This document shows, one piece after another, positions 28,622-37,093 of a stretch of DNA of 41,429 bases. Position 1 is the stretch's first letter, and the number at the start of each line of letters is the position of its first letter. The notes beneath the pieces were generated by a model. That model saw only the letters and a program-made list of their open reading frames with translations, searched no databases and was not told where the DNA came from. The position numbers and the translations under genes were made by a program. Origin of the DNA: an uncultured Rhodospirillaceae bacterium (GTDB lineage Bacteria > Pseudomonadota > Alphaproteobacteria > UBA8366); the NCBI GenBank assembly GCA_964469835.1, contig CAYYBI010000100.1, forward strand, positions 1 to 41,429. The letters run 5' to 3'.

Positions 28622-30043
28622 TCATGCCGTCAAGCCGCGTGCCAGCGCGGGTGCCGCCACCGTATCCAATCCCAACACCAAATCCCGTACCGTGTGCGCC
28701 TTCGCAACGGTGGAAACCAGCGCCATATTCTCCAGGAATTTCTCGGTTATTTCTTCACCGTTGAGCGCCCGGTCGCCGGCGCCCCGGTTGATCCGTTCAT
28801 GATGCACCAGCTCCCGGCCATCCCGGGTCGTCACGGCGACCCCGCCCGAGAAAAATGTTGGAAACGCGGAATTGGTGTCCGCTTCGCACTCGACCTTGTC
28901 GGCAACCGCGAGAATTGCCGAATCGTTTAGCGCCTCCGGCTCCAGCTCCGCAAGGCCAAGCCGTCCCCGCACGAAACAGCAGGCGGTAATGTATTGGGTG
29001 CTAAACTTGGCGTCATAGTCGCTTGACGGCCGTTTCTTGTTGGCCACCGGCTCGGAAATCAGCTCGATCGTTTCCCTCGGAATAAAGGCCCGAATTCGGG
29101 CGATATCGTCGGCCGCCAGGCCATGTTCGCGCTGCAGCGCCAGCGCGGAATCGGCGATACTGTGGGTGAAATGGCACGTCGGATAGGGCTTGATCGCCAT
29201 TTCCGGCGTCTCCCAACGCACCCCCAGGCCATCGGTGATTGCCGCGTAGTCCACCTTGCGCTCGCCGTCGCCGAGATAGGCCTTGAACAGCCCGAAACGG
29301 CCTTCATAGGGCTGGCTCGGCGCGACGAAGCCGTTCTTCGCGAGGCTGGCCGCGGTGATGCCCGCGCCGCCCGCCCACCCTGGATGAATTCGTTTGTTCC
29401 AGGCGCCCTCGGATAGGAATTCCTGGCTTCCCGCCGCGGTGCTGCCGGCGATACCCTGCGCCGCGGCGATTCCAGCCGGGTCGAGACCGAACAGGCGGCC
29501 GGCAATCATGGCGGCCGCAAAGTGACCAATCACGCCGGTCGGATGGAATCCGACGTCGTGGAACCCGCCCTTTGCCGCGGCGCCAATCCGGATTGCCGCC
29601 TCCATGCCGACCACATAGGCGGTCAACAAATCCCGTCCATGCAAATCCAACTGCTCAGCAACCCCCAGCGCGCAGGGAAAGCAGCTCGACGTCGCGTGGA
29701 CGATCGCCGCCATATGGGTATCGTCGTAATCGAGACCGTGCACCAAGGCGCTGTTCATTAGCACCGCGTCGCGCAACGGCAACCTGTCGCCAAGGCCAAT
29801 CACGCTGCACTCGCCCGGGCCCGAAAGGTCGCGAATACCCGCCAGAATTCGATCGGAAAAATCGTAATGGGTCGATGCAAAGGCAATGCCCACCGCGTCG
29901 AGGATCAAGTATTTGGCGCGCTCGCGAACCGCTTCGGGGATGTCTTCGTATTGCAGCGCATGGGCAAATTTGCCCAGTTGCCGGGATATGGTTCCTCCAT
30001 CGGCAGCGAAATCTTGTTGTGCGATGGCGTTGTCGGATGACAT
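28622..30043 (-). CDS. MmgE/PrpD family protein (2-methylcitrate dehydratase superfamily, specificity unknown)
   Basis: From the ATG at 30043 (GGGAGGA SD upstream) the product starts MSSDNAIAQQDFAADGGTISRQLGKFAHALQYEDIPEAV.ERAK.LILD.VG.A. The body runs the full length of a PrpD-like protein (...HGLDYDDTH...HPT...). The track start at 30172 adds 43 implausible residues. Confidence 0.85.
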   Translation of the reverse strand: MSSDNAIAQQDFAADGGTISRQLGKFAHALQYEDIPEAVRERAKYLILDAVGIAFASTHYDFSDRILAGIRDLSGPGECSVIGLGDRLPLRDAVLMNSALVHGLDYDDTHMAAIVHATSSCFPCALGVAEQLDLHGRDLLTAYVVGMEAAIRIGAAAKGGFHDVGFHPTGVIGHFAAAMIAGRLFGLDPAGIAAAQGIAGSTAAGSQEFLSEGAWNKRIHPGWAGGAGITAASLAKNGFVAPSQPYEGRFGLFKAYLGDGERKVDYAAITDGLGVRWETPEMAIKPYPTCHFTHSIADSALALQREHGLAADDIARIRAFIPRETIELISEPVANKKRPSSDYDAKFSTQYITACCFVRGRLGLAELEPEALNDSAILAVADKVECEADTNSAFPTFFSGGVAVTTRDGRELVHHERINRGAGDRALNGEEITEKFLENMALVSTVAKAHTVRDLVLGLDTVAAPALARGLTA

Positions 30044-30253
30044 GGCGGATCCTCCCGATCTCGATTTCCGATGCGATTGAATTGGTTGCGGGATAAGGCG
30101 ACCGGAAAATCGCCACGGCACGGCGGAGGACATCCACCCGAATTGGGCGGATGTCCCGGCCGTGTCGACCAATCATGCTATCATGAAATCGACGGGAGTC
30201 TCATACCGGCCGGGCAGAACGCGGCATGAGGATAAATCGCTACCGGGGCGGAC

Positions 30254-30511
30254 CTACGGCCAGGATGCCGGTCGCGGCGTCAATTCGAGAATAATCCGGC
30301 CCGTTACCTGCCGGACCGCCCGATCCGCCGGTATCGGACCACGCACATCGAACATGCCGCCAAAGGCATCGGCCTGCCGCGCCATCGAAGCGGCTTCGAT
30401 GGCCTTTGCCGGCGGCTCGAGTGGACTGCCGCCCGTGACCCAGCATGTCCCGGCAAAAATCATTAAAATCGCCATCATGCCGATTGTTGCCGCTATGCTT
30501 AACTGCCTCAT
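30254..30511 (-). CDS. hypothetical small protein with N-terminal hydrophobic segment
   Basis: 85-aa ORF with ATG preceded by GGGGGCGGG. The N-terminus MRQLSIAATIGMMAILMIFAGTC looks like a signal or anchor. I recognise no family and codon evidence is weak. Confidence 0.3.
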   Translation of the reverse strand: MRQLSIAATIGMMAILMIFAGTCWVTGGSPLEPPAKAIEAASMARQADAFGGMFDVRGPIPADRAVRQVTGRIILELTPRPASWP

Positions 30512-30740
30512 TTGCCCGCCCCCGCGTCTGGCATCGTCAATTGTGCAATAATCTTAGTTTTCCAAGCCGTTAACAGGGTCAAATCGGGGTAATTTCGGGG
30601 AAATATCAAGGCGAGACCAAGGCAAATCGTTAACGCCGTCAGGGGCCGGGCTGGCGCACCCCGCACCGGTGTTTTACGCTGTCGCCGACCGAGGAAAAAA
30701 ACCAACGAAATTCGGTGTTTTGCACCGCGAGAGAGGATCC

Positions 30741-32105
30741 ATGCCGGAAGTGCGGATGATGGCGACGACGGGAATGCTCGGCTACGGCTACACCGAGCAG
30801 GCATTCCGACGGGGTTTGGAACAGGATTTGGATTTCATCGCGGCCGACGGCGGCTCGATGGACCCGGGCCCGCATTATCTCGGCGAAGGCATCCCGTTCG
30901 TCTCGCGCCAGGCGCTGAAACGCGACCTCAGCCTGATGATCGAAGCGGGTATCGAGCGAAACATTCCGGTGCTGGTCGGTTCGGCCGGCGGCGGCGGCAG
31001 CGACCCGCAGCTCGGCCTGGTGCGCGAAATTGTCGAGGAAATCGCCGCGGAAAAAAATCTATCGTTCAAACTGGCGGCGATCCATAGCGAGCTGGAAAAA
31101 ACCTACCTCAAACAAAAACGCAGCGCGGGCAGGATTCACCCGCTGGGTCCGATCAAGGAGCTGTCGGACGACGATATCGACGAGAGCCACCGCGTGGTCG
31201 GCATGATGGGCGTCGAGCCGTTTCAGCAAGCCCTCGAAGATGGCGCCCAGGTCGTGCTGGCGGGCCGCGCCACGGATGCGTCGATTTATTCCGCTATTCC
31301 GTTGATGCGCGGCTGCGATCCGGGGCTGACCTGGCATCTTGCGAAAATCATCGAATGCGCGGGGCAGGTGACCACGCCGCGAACCGGCCAGGACTGCGTG
31401 CTCGGCACGCTGCGCGATGACCATTTCCTGGTCGAGCCCGGCCATCCGGACAAACGCTGTACCCGCATGCGCATCGCCGCCCACACCTTGTATGAGAATC
31501 CCAGCCCCTACCATCTGGTAGAACCCGATGGCACGCTGGTGACGACCCATGCCGAATACGAGCAGATCGATCCACGGGTTGTGAAAGTCTCGGGCAGCCG
31601 ATTCGAGGCGTCGAACCAATATTCAATTAAATTGGAAGGCGTCAAGCAGACCGGCTTCCGGACTGTCTTCATCGCCGGCGTTCGCGACCCGGTGCTGATA
31701 TCGGTGATCGACGACTTCATCGCGTCGTGTCACCAGCGGGTCGCCGGCGAGGCGGAAACACTCGGCATTGCGGGCGACTCCTATCGCCTGAACATCCGGG
31801 TGTACGGCAAGAATGCGACGATGGGCGCGCGTGAGCCGGTCACCGATACGGCGGCGCATGAAATCGGCGTGCTGGTTGACGTGCTGGCCGACGACGAGGA
31901 CACCAGCAAGGCGATCATGGCAAAGGCGCGTTATGCGCTGCTTCACACGGACTTCCCCGGCCGCAAATGCATTTCCGGCAATCTCGCCATTCCCTTCTCG
32001 CCCTCGGACATGCCGGTCGGCATGACCTACGCCTTCAACGTTTGGCACACGATGGAACTCGACGATCCGATGGAGCCTTTCTCCATCGAGATGGTCGACC
32101 TTTAA
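30741..32105 (+). CDS. AtuA-like (DUF1446) family protein
   Basis: ATG at 30741 follows GAGAGGA. The 454-aa product has DFIAADGGSMDPGP...VLVGSAGGGG...IECAGQ. Its size and its pairing with a DUF4387-like ORF match my recollection of the acyclic-terpene-utilisation AtuA family. The assignment is by recollection only. Confidence 0.65.
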   Translation: MPEVRMMATTGMLGYGYTEQAFRRGLEQDLDFIAADGGSMDPGPHYLGEGIPFVSRQALKRDLSLMIEAGIERNIPVLVGSAGGGGSDPQLGLVREIVEEIAAEKNLSFKLAAIHSELEKTYLKQKRSAGRIHPLGPIKELSDDDIDESHRVVGMMGVEPFQQALEDGAQVVLAGRATDASIYSAIPLMRGCDPGLTWHLAKIIECAGQVTTPRTGQDCVLGTLRDDHFLVEPGHPDKRCTRMRIAAHTLYENPSPYHLVEPDGTLVTTHAEYEQIDPRVVKVSGSRFEASNQYSIKLEGVKQTGFRTVFIAGVRDPVLISVIDDFIASCHQRVAGEAETLGIAGDSYRLNIRVYGKNATMGAREPVTDTAAHEIGVLVDVLADDEDTSKAIMAKARYALLHTDFPGRKCISGNLAIPFSPSDMPVGMTYAFNVWHTMELDDPMEPFSIEMVDL

Positions 32106-32116
32106 GGAACCGCGCC

Positions 32117-32428
32117 ATGACCCGACTAGCCGACCTTGCCCAGGTCCTGCGCTCGAAGAATGCGGGCGCTCTGTTGTGCACGCTCGACATGATGTTCGAG
32201 GACGACGCCACCTATCGCCGGGTGCTCGACAGCAACGTCATCACGCCGCAGTCGATCGCCGCGCTCTACGGATTGTCGGACAACGAGGTTTCGGTGATTC
32301 CCTACGACGTTGCCTATGCCATCAAGATCACCATCCCGCGGCTGCATCCTTCCGGCGACCCGGCCGACAGCGACATCTACGGCGCGCAGCAGCACGCCCC
32401 ACTGCTCGGCATCGAGATTCCGGACTAA
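32117..32428 (+). CDS. DUF4387-like protein (equivalent to the C-terminal domain of full-length AtuA)
   Basis: 103 aa, with ATG at 32117 after AAGGAA and 11 nt after the upstream stop. It reads MTRLADLAQVLRSKNAGALLCTLDMMFEDDATY..V......T...IA.LYG.....V..........IKI..PR....G......DIYGAQQH.PLL, as I recall for DUF4387. Confidence 0.6.
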   Translation: MTRLADLAQVLRSKNAGALLCTLDMMFEDDATYRRVLDSNVITPQSIAALYGLSDNEVSVIPYDVAYAIKITIPRLHPSGDPADSDIYGAQQHAPLLGIEIPD

Positions 32429-32439
32429 GGGCTCGGATA

Positions 32440-33156
32440 ATGGCACAGGCCGACATTAAGGCGCTGACCTTCGACGTGTTCGGCACGGTGGTCGATTGGC
32501 GAAACAGCATCGCCCGCGAGGCGGAGGCGTTTTTCACAGCGCACGGCGTCGACGGAATCGACCCGATCGAGTTCGCCATGCAATGGCGCGCGCTCTACCA
32601 GCCGGCGATGCAGCAGGTGCGCGGCGGCAAGATCCCGTTCACCAAACTGGACATCCTGCATCGGATGAATTTGGACAGCCTGCTGGAACGATACCGCATC
32701 ACCGGCATCACCGACGCCGAGGCGGATCATCTGAACCGCGCCTGGCACCGGCTCACCCCCTGGCCCGACGCGGTCGAAGGCCTGACCCGGTTGAAAACGA
32801 AATTCATCCTCGCCACTCAGTCGAACGGCAACATCGCCCTGATGGTCAACATGGCGAAGCATGCCGGGTTGCCCTGGGACGTGATCCTGGGCGCGGAGGT
32901 GGTGGGCCATTACAAGCCCTGCCCCGACGCCTATATCAACTGCGCCGATGCGCTGGGCCTGCCGCCGGAAGCCTGCATGATGACGGCGGCGCATAACGAC
33001 GACCTGGTGGCCGCCAGCCAGCAGGGCTTCCGCACCGCTTTCGTCGCCCGGCCGACCGAATACGGCCCCGGCCAGGACAAAAACCTGAAGGCCGAGCACG
33101 ATTTCGATTACGTCGCCGGCAGTTTCATCGAACTCGCCGACCAACTTGGCTGCTGA
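32440..33156 (+). CDS. haloacid dehalogenase type II (HAD superfamily)
   Basis: From the ATG at 32440 the product starts MAQADIKALTFDVFGTVVDW, carrying the nucleophilic Asp motif. Further motifs are LATQSNGN, YKPCPDAY and AAHNDDL. It starts 11 nt after DUF4387. I reject the upstream extension in the track. Confidence 0.85.
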   Translation: MAQADIKALTFDVFGTVVDWRNSIAREAEAFFTAHGVDGIDPIEFAMQWRALYQPAMQQVRGGKIPFTKLDILHRMNLDSLLERYRITGITDAEADHLNRAWHRLTPWPDAVEGLTRLKTKFILATQSNGNIALMVNMAKHAGLPWDVILGAEVVGHYKPCPDAYINCADALGLPPEACMMTAAHNDDLVAASQQGFRTAFVARPTEYGPGQDKNLKAEHDFDYVAGSFIELADQLGC

Positions 33157-33170
33157 CTGCCGAGGATCGG

Positions 33171-33199
33171 CCTCATCCTGAGCTTGACGAAGAGCGAGG
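33171..33199. repeat. degenerate copy of a short dispersed palindromic repeat (CTCATCCTGAGC...-type)
   Basis: CCTCATCCTGAGCTTGACGAAGAGCGAGG lies in the convergent gap between the HAD and M20 genes. Its reverse strand encodes ..FVKLRMR.. . From memory this resembles the widespread intergenic repeat that yields spurious FDKLRMR / ILSLSKDE peptides. Only one copy is visible in this window. Confidence 0.25.
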
Positions 33200-33250
33200 C
33201 TGGGCGCGGGATGGAAACCAGCGACCCAATAGAAATTTTGCACGCAGCCG

Positions 33251-34393
33251 CTACGCCAGCGTTTCCAACAGGCGAATCCACATCTTGGCGCGCGGCTCCA
33301 GCGAGGAGAAATAGATCTGCTCGTTCTTGGCGTGTGCGCCGACGCCATCCGCGCCGAGGCCATCCAGCGTCGGAATGCCGAGCGCGGCGGTGAAACAGCC
33401 GTCGCTACCGCCGCCGGTGTGCATGTCCTGCAACTCGAATCCTATTTCGGCGCAGACATCCCGGGCGTGCTCGAACAGACCTTGGATGCCCGCATCCTTT
33501 TGATAGGGTGGTCGGTTGATGCCGCCGGTGATCTCAAACGCGACATCCGGACTCCGCGCCGTGAGGCCGAGGATCCGCGCACAATACGCATCCGCCAGTT
33601 CCTGGGTCGGCACCCGGAGGTCGATCTCGATCCGGCATTCCGCCGGCACCACATTGACACCCGTGCCACCCTGGATCATGCCCACATTGGTGGTGACACC
33701 GAGATCGAAATCGGTCATCGCCTCGATTTCCAGAATAACCCGCGCCATTTCCTCGACCGCGCTGCGGCCGTCCTCCGGGCGCGAGCCGGAATGCGCGGCA
33801 ACGCCCCGGGTGACCGCATCGAACCGGCCGACGCCCTTGCGGCCGGTGACGATCTTGCCGCCTTCGCGGGCCGGTTCCGTAACCAGCACGTATTTGTTCT
33901 TCTGCGCCTCGGCCTCGATCATCCCGCGCGAGGTCGGGCTGCCGATCTCTTCTTCCGGAATATAGAGAAACGTAACCGGCAACGGCGTCTGCCGGCCCAT
34001 ACGCACCAAGTGCTGATAGGCGTAATAAGCGAGATACGCGCCCGCCTTCATATCGTAGATGCCGGGGCCAAAAACCGAATCGCCCTCGCGCCGCCACGGA
34101 TTGTAGCCGTCGATGCTACCGATCGGATGCACCGTGTCGAGATGGCTCAGCACGAGGATGCCGGGCCCGTCGCCGCCCCACGGCGCCCGCGTCTTCAAGA
34201 TATCGCCGAATCCGTCCCGGCCCGGTATGCGCTCAATCGCCGCGCCGAGCGCCTTCATGCCACCTTCGACCACGTCAACCAGCGTGTTGACCGCCGCGCC
34301 TTCATAGGTCGGCGTCTCGATCTCGACCCATTGGCGGATGCCGTCGAGAATTTCCTCGCCGTCGACTTGCGGAATGTTGCCACGGTCGGCCAT
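33251..34393 (-). CDS. M20 family metallopeptidase, carboxypeptidase G2 (glutamate carboxypeptidase)-like
   Basis: It is collinear, from memory, with Pseudomonas CPG2 motifs: WVEIETPT, LSHLDTV, GPGIYDMKAG, PEEEIGS, TGGGSDG and GAHAKNEQIY. It has no signal peptide. The ATG is at 34393. Confidence 0.85.
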   Translation of the reverse strand: MADRGNIPQVDGEEILDGIRQWVEIETPTYEGAAVNTLVDVVEGGMKALGAAIERIPGRDGFGDILKTRAPWGGDGPGILVLSHLDTVHPIGSIDGYNPWRREGDSVFGPGIYDMKAGAYLAYYAYQHLVRMGRQTPLPVTFLYIPEEEIGSPTSRGMIEAEAQKNKYVLVTEPAREGGKIVTGRKGVGRFDAVTRGVAAHSGSRPEDGRSAVEEMARVILEIEAMTDFDLGVTTNVGMIQGGTGVNVVPAECRIEIDLRVPTQELADAYCARILGLTARSPDVAFEITGGINRPPYQKDAGIQGLFEHARDVCAEIGFELQDMHTGGGSDGCFTAALGIPTLDGLGADGVGAHAKNEQIYFSSLEPRAKMWIRLLETLA

Positions 34394-34427
34394 TGGACTG
34401 CCTCGCTCTTCTATTCCGGAAACATCG

Positions 34428-35498
34428 TCATCCTCCGACAATTGCAACGGGCCGGCAATCGTCTCGGATGCAAGGCAACTCCGCCTCCAGCGCTTTCAGA
34501 ATAGCGATACTGCCGGGATGACTTTCCAGATTCTCCGAATCCTTGGCGTAGGCCCGGCGCACCGCCCAATAAACCTGTTCAATATGGAGAAACCGTCCGG
34601 ATGATGTCTTCGCCGCCACCCGGCAGGCATCGGGGCTGCCGTTGAGGTGGCGCCCCTGCACCGTGGTCGTTGCGCATAGCCAGCGGGTCTGAATTGTCCG
34701 GTCCCTCGAATCCTGGCAGCTCACCGCCCGTCCGCGCTGGCCGATCTGGGCGTGGATGCGGTCGCGCACCCGCCCGGTCAAGCCGGTGTCGCCCGGCCGC
34801 TGCGCGCGCGTGCCGTCGGAAATGACGAACCACACATTGCTACCGCCGTTACTGAACCCATGCGGCTGCACCGCGATGGAGCGCGGCCAGCGGCGGGTGA
34901 AGTAAAGATGCGCGGCATGGAATAGGGTCGCCGAATTGTGCGCGGGATCGGAAGCGCGGTACGGATTGCGGCCATCGCCGCACACGCGTGTCTTGCCGCT
35001 GCAGGGCGTCTCATTCTTTGCGGCGCACCGGTTGGCACCGGAAATGATCAGGGCCCGCGCGCCGAGGCGGAGGAACAGGACCACCGCTTGCTTGTCGGTC
35101 GCCTGATCGATTACCGGATGCGGCGCTTCGATAATCGCGTCGCGCACCGGTTGCCGGGCCACCGCCACGACCGGACCGATGCCGGCGCCATCGCTTTCGC
35201 TCAGGATAAAATAGTCCCGGCCGCCGTCGGATTTTTCGTCGATCCGATAACCGGCGCGGGCGGCGTGACGGCGCGCGCCCGCCAGGTCGCCCGACAACAG
35301 CCCATCCAGCGCGGACGACAATGCGGGTCCGGCCGCACCGGCCTCGGGCATGGACAAAAGCGAGTCGGCGGTTCGATGCGGCGCGTCAAACAGCATTGCC
35401 GACGCCGTCTTATACTCCTCGGGCGCCCAACGACCCTGGCAACCTGCAATTGCCAACATGGCCAACGTGACCGCGACGCTGCGAACGGCTCCACCCAT
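34428..35498 (-). CDS. lipoprotein of unknown function
   Basis: ATG at 35498 follows GGAGAG. The N-terminus MGGAVRSVAVTLAMLAIAG|C carries a lipobox. The body contains conserved-looking His/Asp/Glu positions (EAPHPVIDQATD, QPHGF, FLHIEQ) and several Cys residues. I recognise no family. Confidence 0.6.
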   Translation of the reverse strand: MGGAVRSVAVTLAMLAIAGCQGRWAPEEYKTASAMLFDAPHRTADSLLSMPEAGAAGPALSSALDGLLSGDLAGARRHAARAGYRIDEKSDGGRDYFILSESDGAGIGPVVAVARQPVRDAIIEAPHPVIDQATDKQAVVLFLRLGARALIISGANRCAAKNETPCSGKTRVCGDGRNPYRASDPAHNSATLFHAAHLYFTRRWPRSIAVQPHGFSNGGSNVWFVISDGTRAQRPGDTGLTGRVRDRIHAQIGQRGRAVSCQDSRDRTIQTRWLCATTTVQGRHLNGSPDACRVAAKTSSGRFLHIEQVYWAVRRAYAKDSENLESHPGSIAILKALEAELPCIRDDCRPVAIVGG

Positions 35499-35615
35499 GT
35501 CATTCTCTCCGCTTCGCGGTTCAATTTCCCGGTGCATTCACCACGGCAGCGCAGTATAGGAAAGTGCGAATTCCGCAGTACAAGAATTTATGTCGACCGA
35601 AACGGGGAGGACATC

Positions 35616-36404
35616 ATGGCAGGAACGATTCAGGCAAACGGCATTGAAATGGCGTATCGATTTGACGGGCCGGAGGATGGGGCGGTCGTCATGTTGAGTA
35701 ATAGTCTGGCGACCAACTACGGCATGTGGGATCCGCAAATTCCGGCATTGGCCGACAAATACCGTGTGCTGCGATACGATCAGCGCGGCCACGGCGGCAC
35801 CGAGGCGACCGCGCCTCCCTATTCCTTCGATCTTCTCATGGAAGACGCCTGCGCCTTGCTCGAAGCGCTGAATATCTCCAAGGCGCATTTTTGCGGCCTG
35901 TCGATGGGCGGCATGACGGGGCAAACCTTCGGCGCGAAACGCCCGGATATGCTGCTCAGCCTGATCCTGTGCGACACGGCGAGCGCGATGCCGTCAGCCG
36001 ACCTTTGGACACCCAGGATTGAGATGGCCCGGAACGAAGGCATGCCGGCGCTGGCGCCGTCCACGCTGGAACGCTGGTTTACCGAACCGTACCGCAAGGC
36101 CCAAACCACCGAGGTCGCGCGGGTCGCGGATATGATTTCGACCACCAAGGTCGATGGCTTCGTCGGATGCGCCAGCGCAATCCTGGCAATGAACCTGGCG
36201 CCGCTGCACGCGAATATCACCGCACCGACACTGGTGGTGGTCGGCGCGGACGACCCCAGCACGACGGTCGAGCGCGCCGAGGAAATCCATCACGGTATCG
36301 CGGGCTCGAAATTGGTGGTCCTGGACGACGCCGCACATCTTTCGAACATTGAGCAGGCGGACGGTTTCAACGCGGCCCTGCGCGCCCATCTCGACCAAAA
36401 CTGA
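35616..36404 (+). CDS. alpha/beta hydrolase, 3-oxoadipate enol-lactonase (PcaD)-like
   Basis: ATG at 35616 follows GGGGAGGA. The product has RYDQRGHGGT, a GLSMGG nucleophile elbow, VVGADD and AAHLSNIEQ, which is typical PcaD-like architecture. The 226-codon upstream extension in the track is antisense to the lipoprotein gene and I reject it. Confidence 0.85.
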   Translation: MAGTIQANGIEMAYRFDGPEDGAVVMLSNSLATNYGMWDPQIPALADKYRVLRYDQRGHGGTEATAPPYSFDLLMEDACALLEALNISKAHFCGLSMGGMTGQTFGAKRPDMLLSLILCDTASAMPSADLWTPRIEMARNEGMPALAPSTLERWFTEPYRKAQTTEVARVADMISTTKVDGFVGCASAILAMNLAPLHANITAPTLVVVGADDPSTTVERAEEIHHGIAGSKLVVLDDAAHLSNIEQADGFNAALRAHLDQN

Positions 36405-36424
36405 CGACACGGGAATCGGCAACC

Positions 36425-37093
36425 ATGACGGAACAAAAACCGACGATCGCGGTCATCGGCGGCACTGGCGCCCTCGGCTCCGGCTTCACGCTGCGGTGGG
36501 CCCGGGCGGGCTACCCGGTCATCATCGGATCGCGGGCCGCGGAGAGCGCGGAAACGAAGGCGGGCGAAATGAAAACCATATTGCCCGACGCGTCCATTCG
36601 GGGATTGGAGAACGCCGCCGCCGCCGCCGCGGCGGACATCGTTGTGCTTACCGTACCATTCTCGAACCATCGCCCCATGCTTGAGTCGATCCGCGACGCG
36701 GTCCAGGGAAAAATCCTGGTCGATGCAACGGTGCCGCTGGTGCCGCCCAAGGTCGCCCGAGTGCAATTGCCGCCGGAAGGTTCCGCCGCGAAGGCGGCCC
36801 AAGAGTTCCTGGGCGATGGCGTGCAAGTCGTGTCGGCTTTCCAAAACGTCGCTGCCGACCTGGTGCAGGATCTCGAATCGCCCATCGAATGCGACATCCT
36901 GGTCTGCGGCAATCAGCGCGCCGCGCGACAAACCGTCGTCGAGATGGCGGAGGCCGCGGGGCTTACTGCCTGGCACGCCGGGCCGATCGACAATTCCGCC
37001 GCCGCCGAAGCGCTGACCTCTGTCCTGATTTTTCTCAACCGCGGCGACATTTCACACGCGGGCATTCGCATTACCGGTGAGCGCGACGCGTGA
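36425..37093 (+). CDS. npdG: NADPH-dependent F420 reductase (F420H2:NADP+ oxidoreductase)
   Basis: Contains IAVIGGTGALGSG...IIGSR...DIVVLTVP....H....L..I......GKILVD.T.PL, the Fno/NpdG pattern. It is translationally coupled (GTGA) to cofE. Confidence 0.85.
   Translation: MTEQKPTIAVIGGTGALGSGFTLRWARAGYPVIIGSRAAESAETKAGEMKTILPDASIRGLENAAAAAAADIVVLTVPFSNHRPMLESIRDAVQGKILVDATVPLVPPKVARVQLPPEGSAAKAAQEFLGDGVQVVSAFQNVAADLVQDLESPIECDILVCGNQRAARQTVVEMAEAAGLTAWHAGPIDNSAAAEALTSVLIFLNRGDISHAGIRITGERDA

Noticed and set aside
32425-34504. 312-aa minus ORF (32425..33363) and 390-aa plus ORF (33332..34504)
   Set aside because: They are antisense to the HAD dehalogenase and M20 peptidase genes respectively. 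They are shadow ORFs.
34938-35615. 226-codon N-terminal extension of the PcaD-like hydrolase
   Set aside because: It is antisense to the lipoprotein gene. The hydrolase fold begins at the ATG at 35616, which has a strong GGGGAGGA SD.
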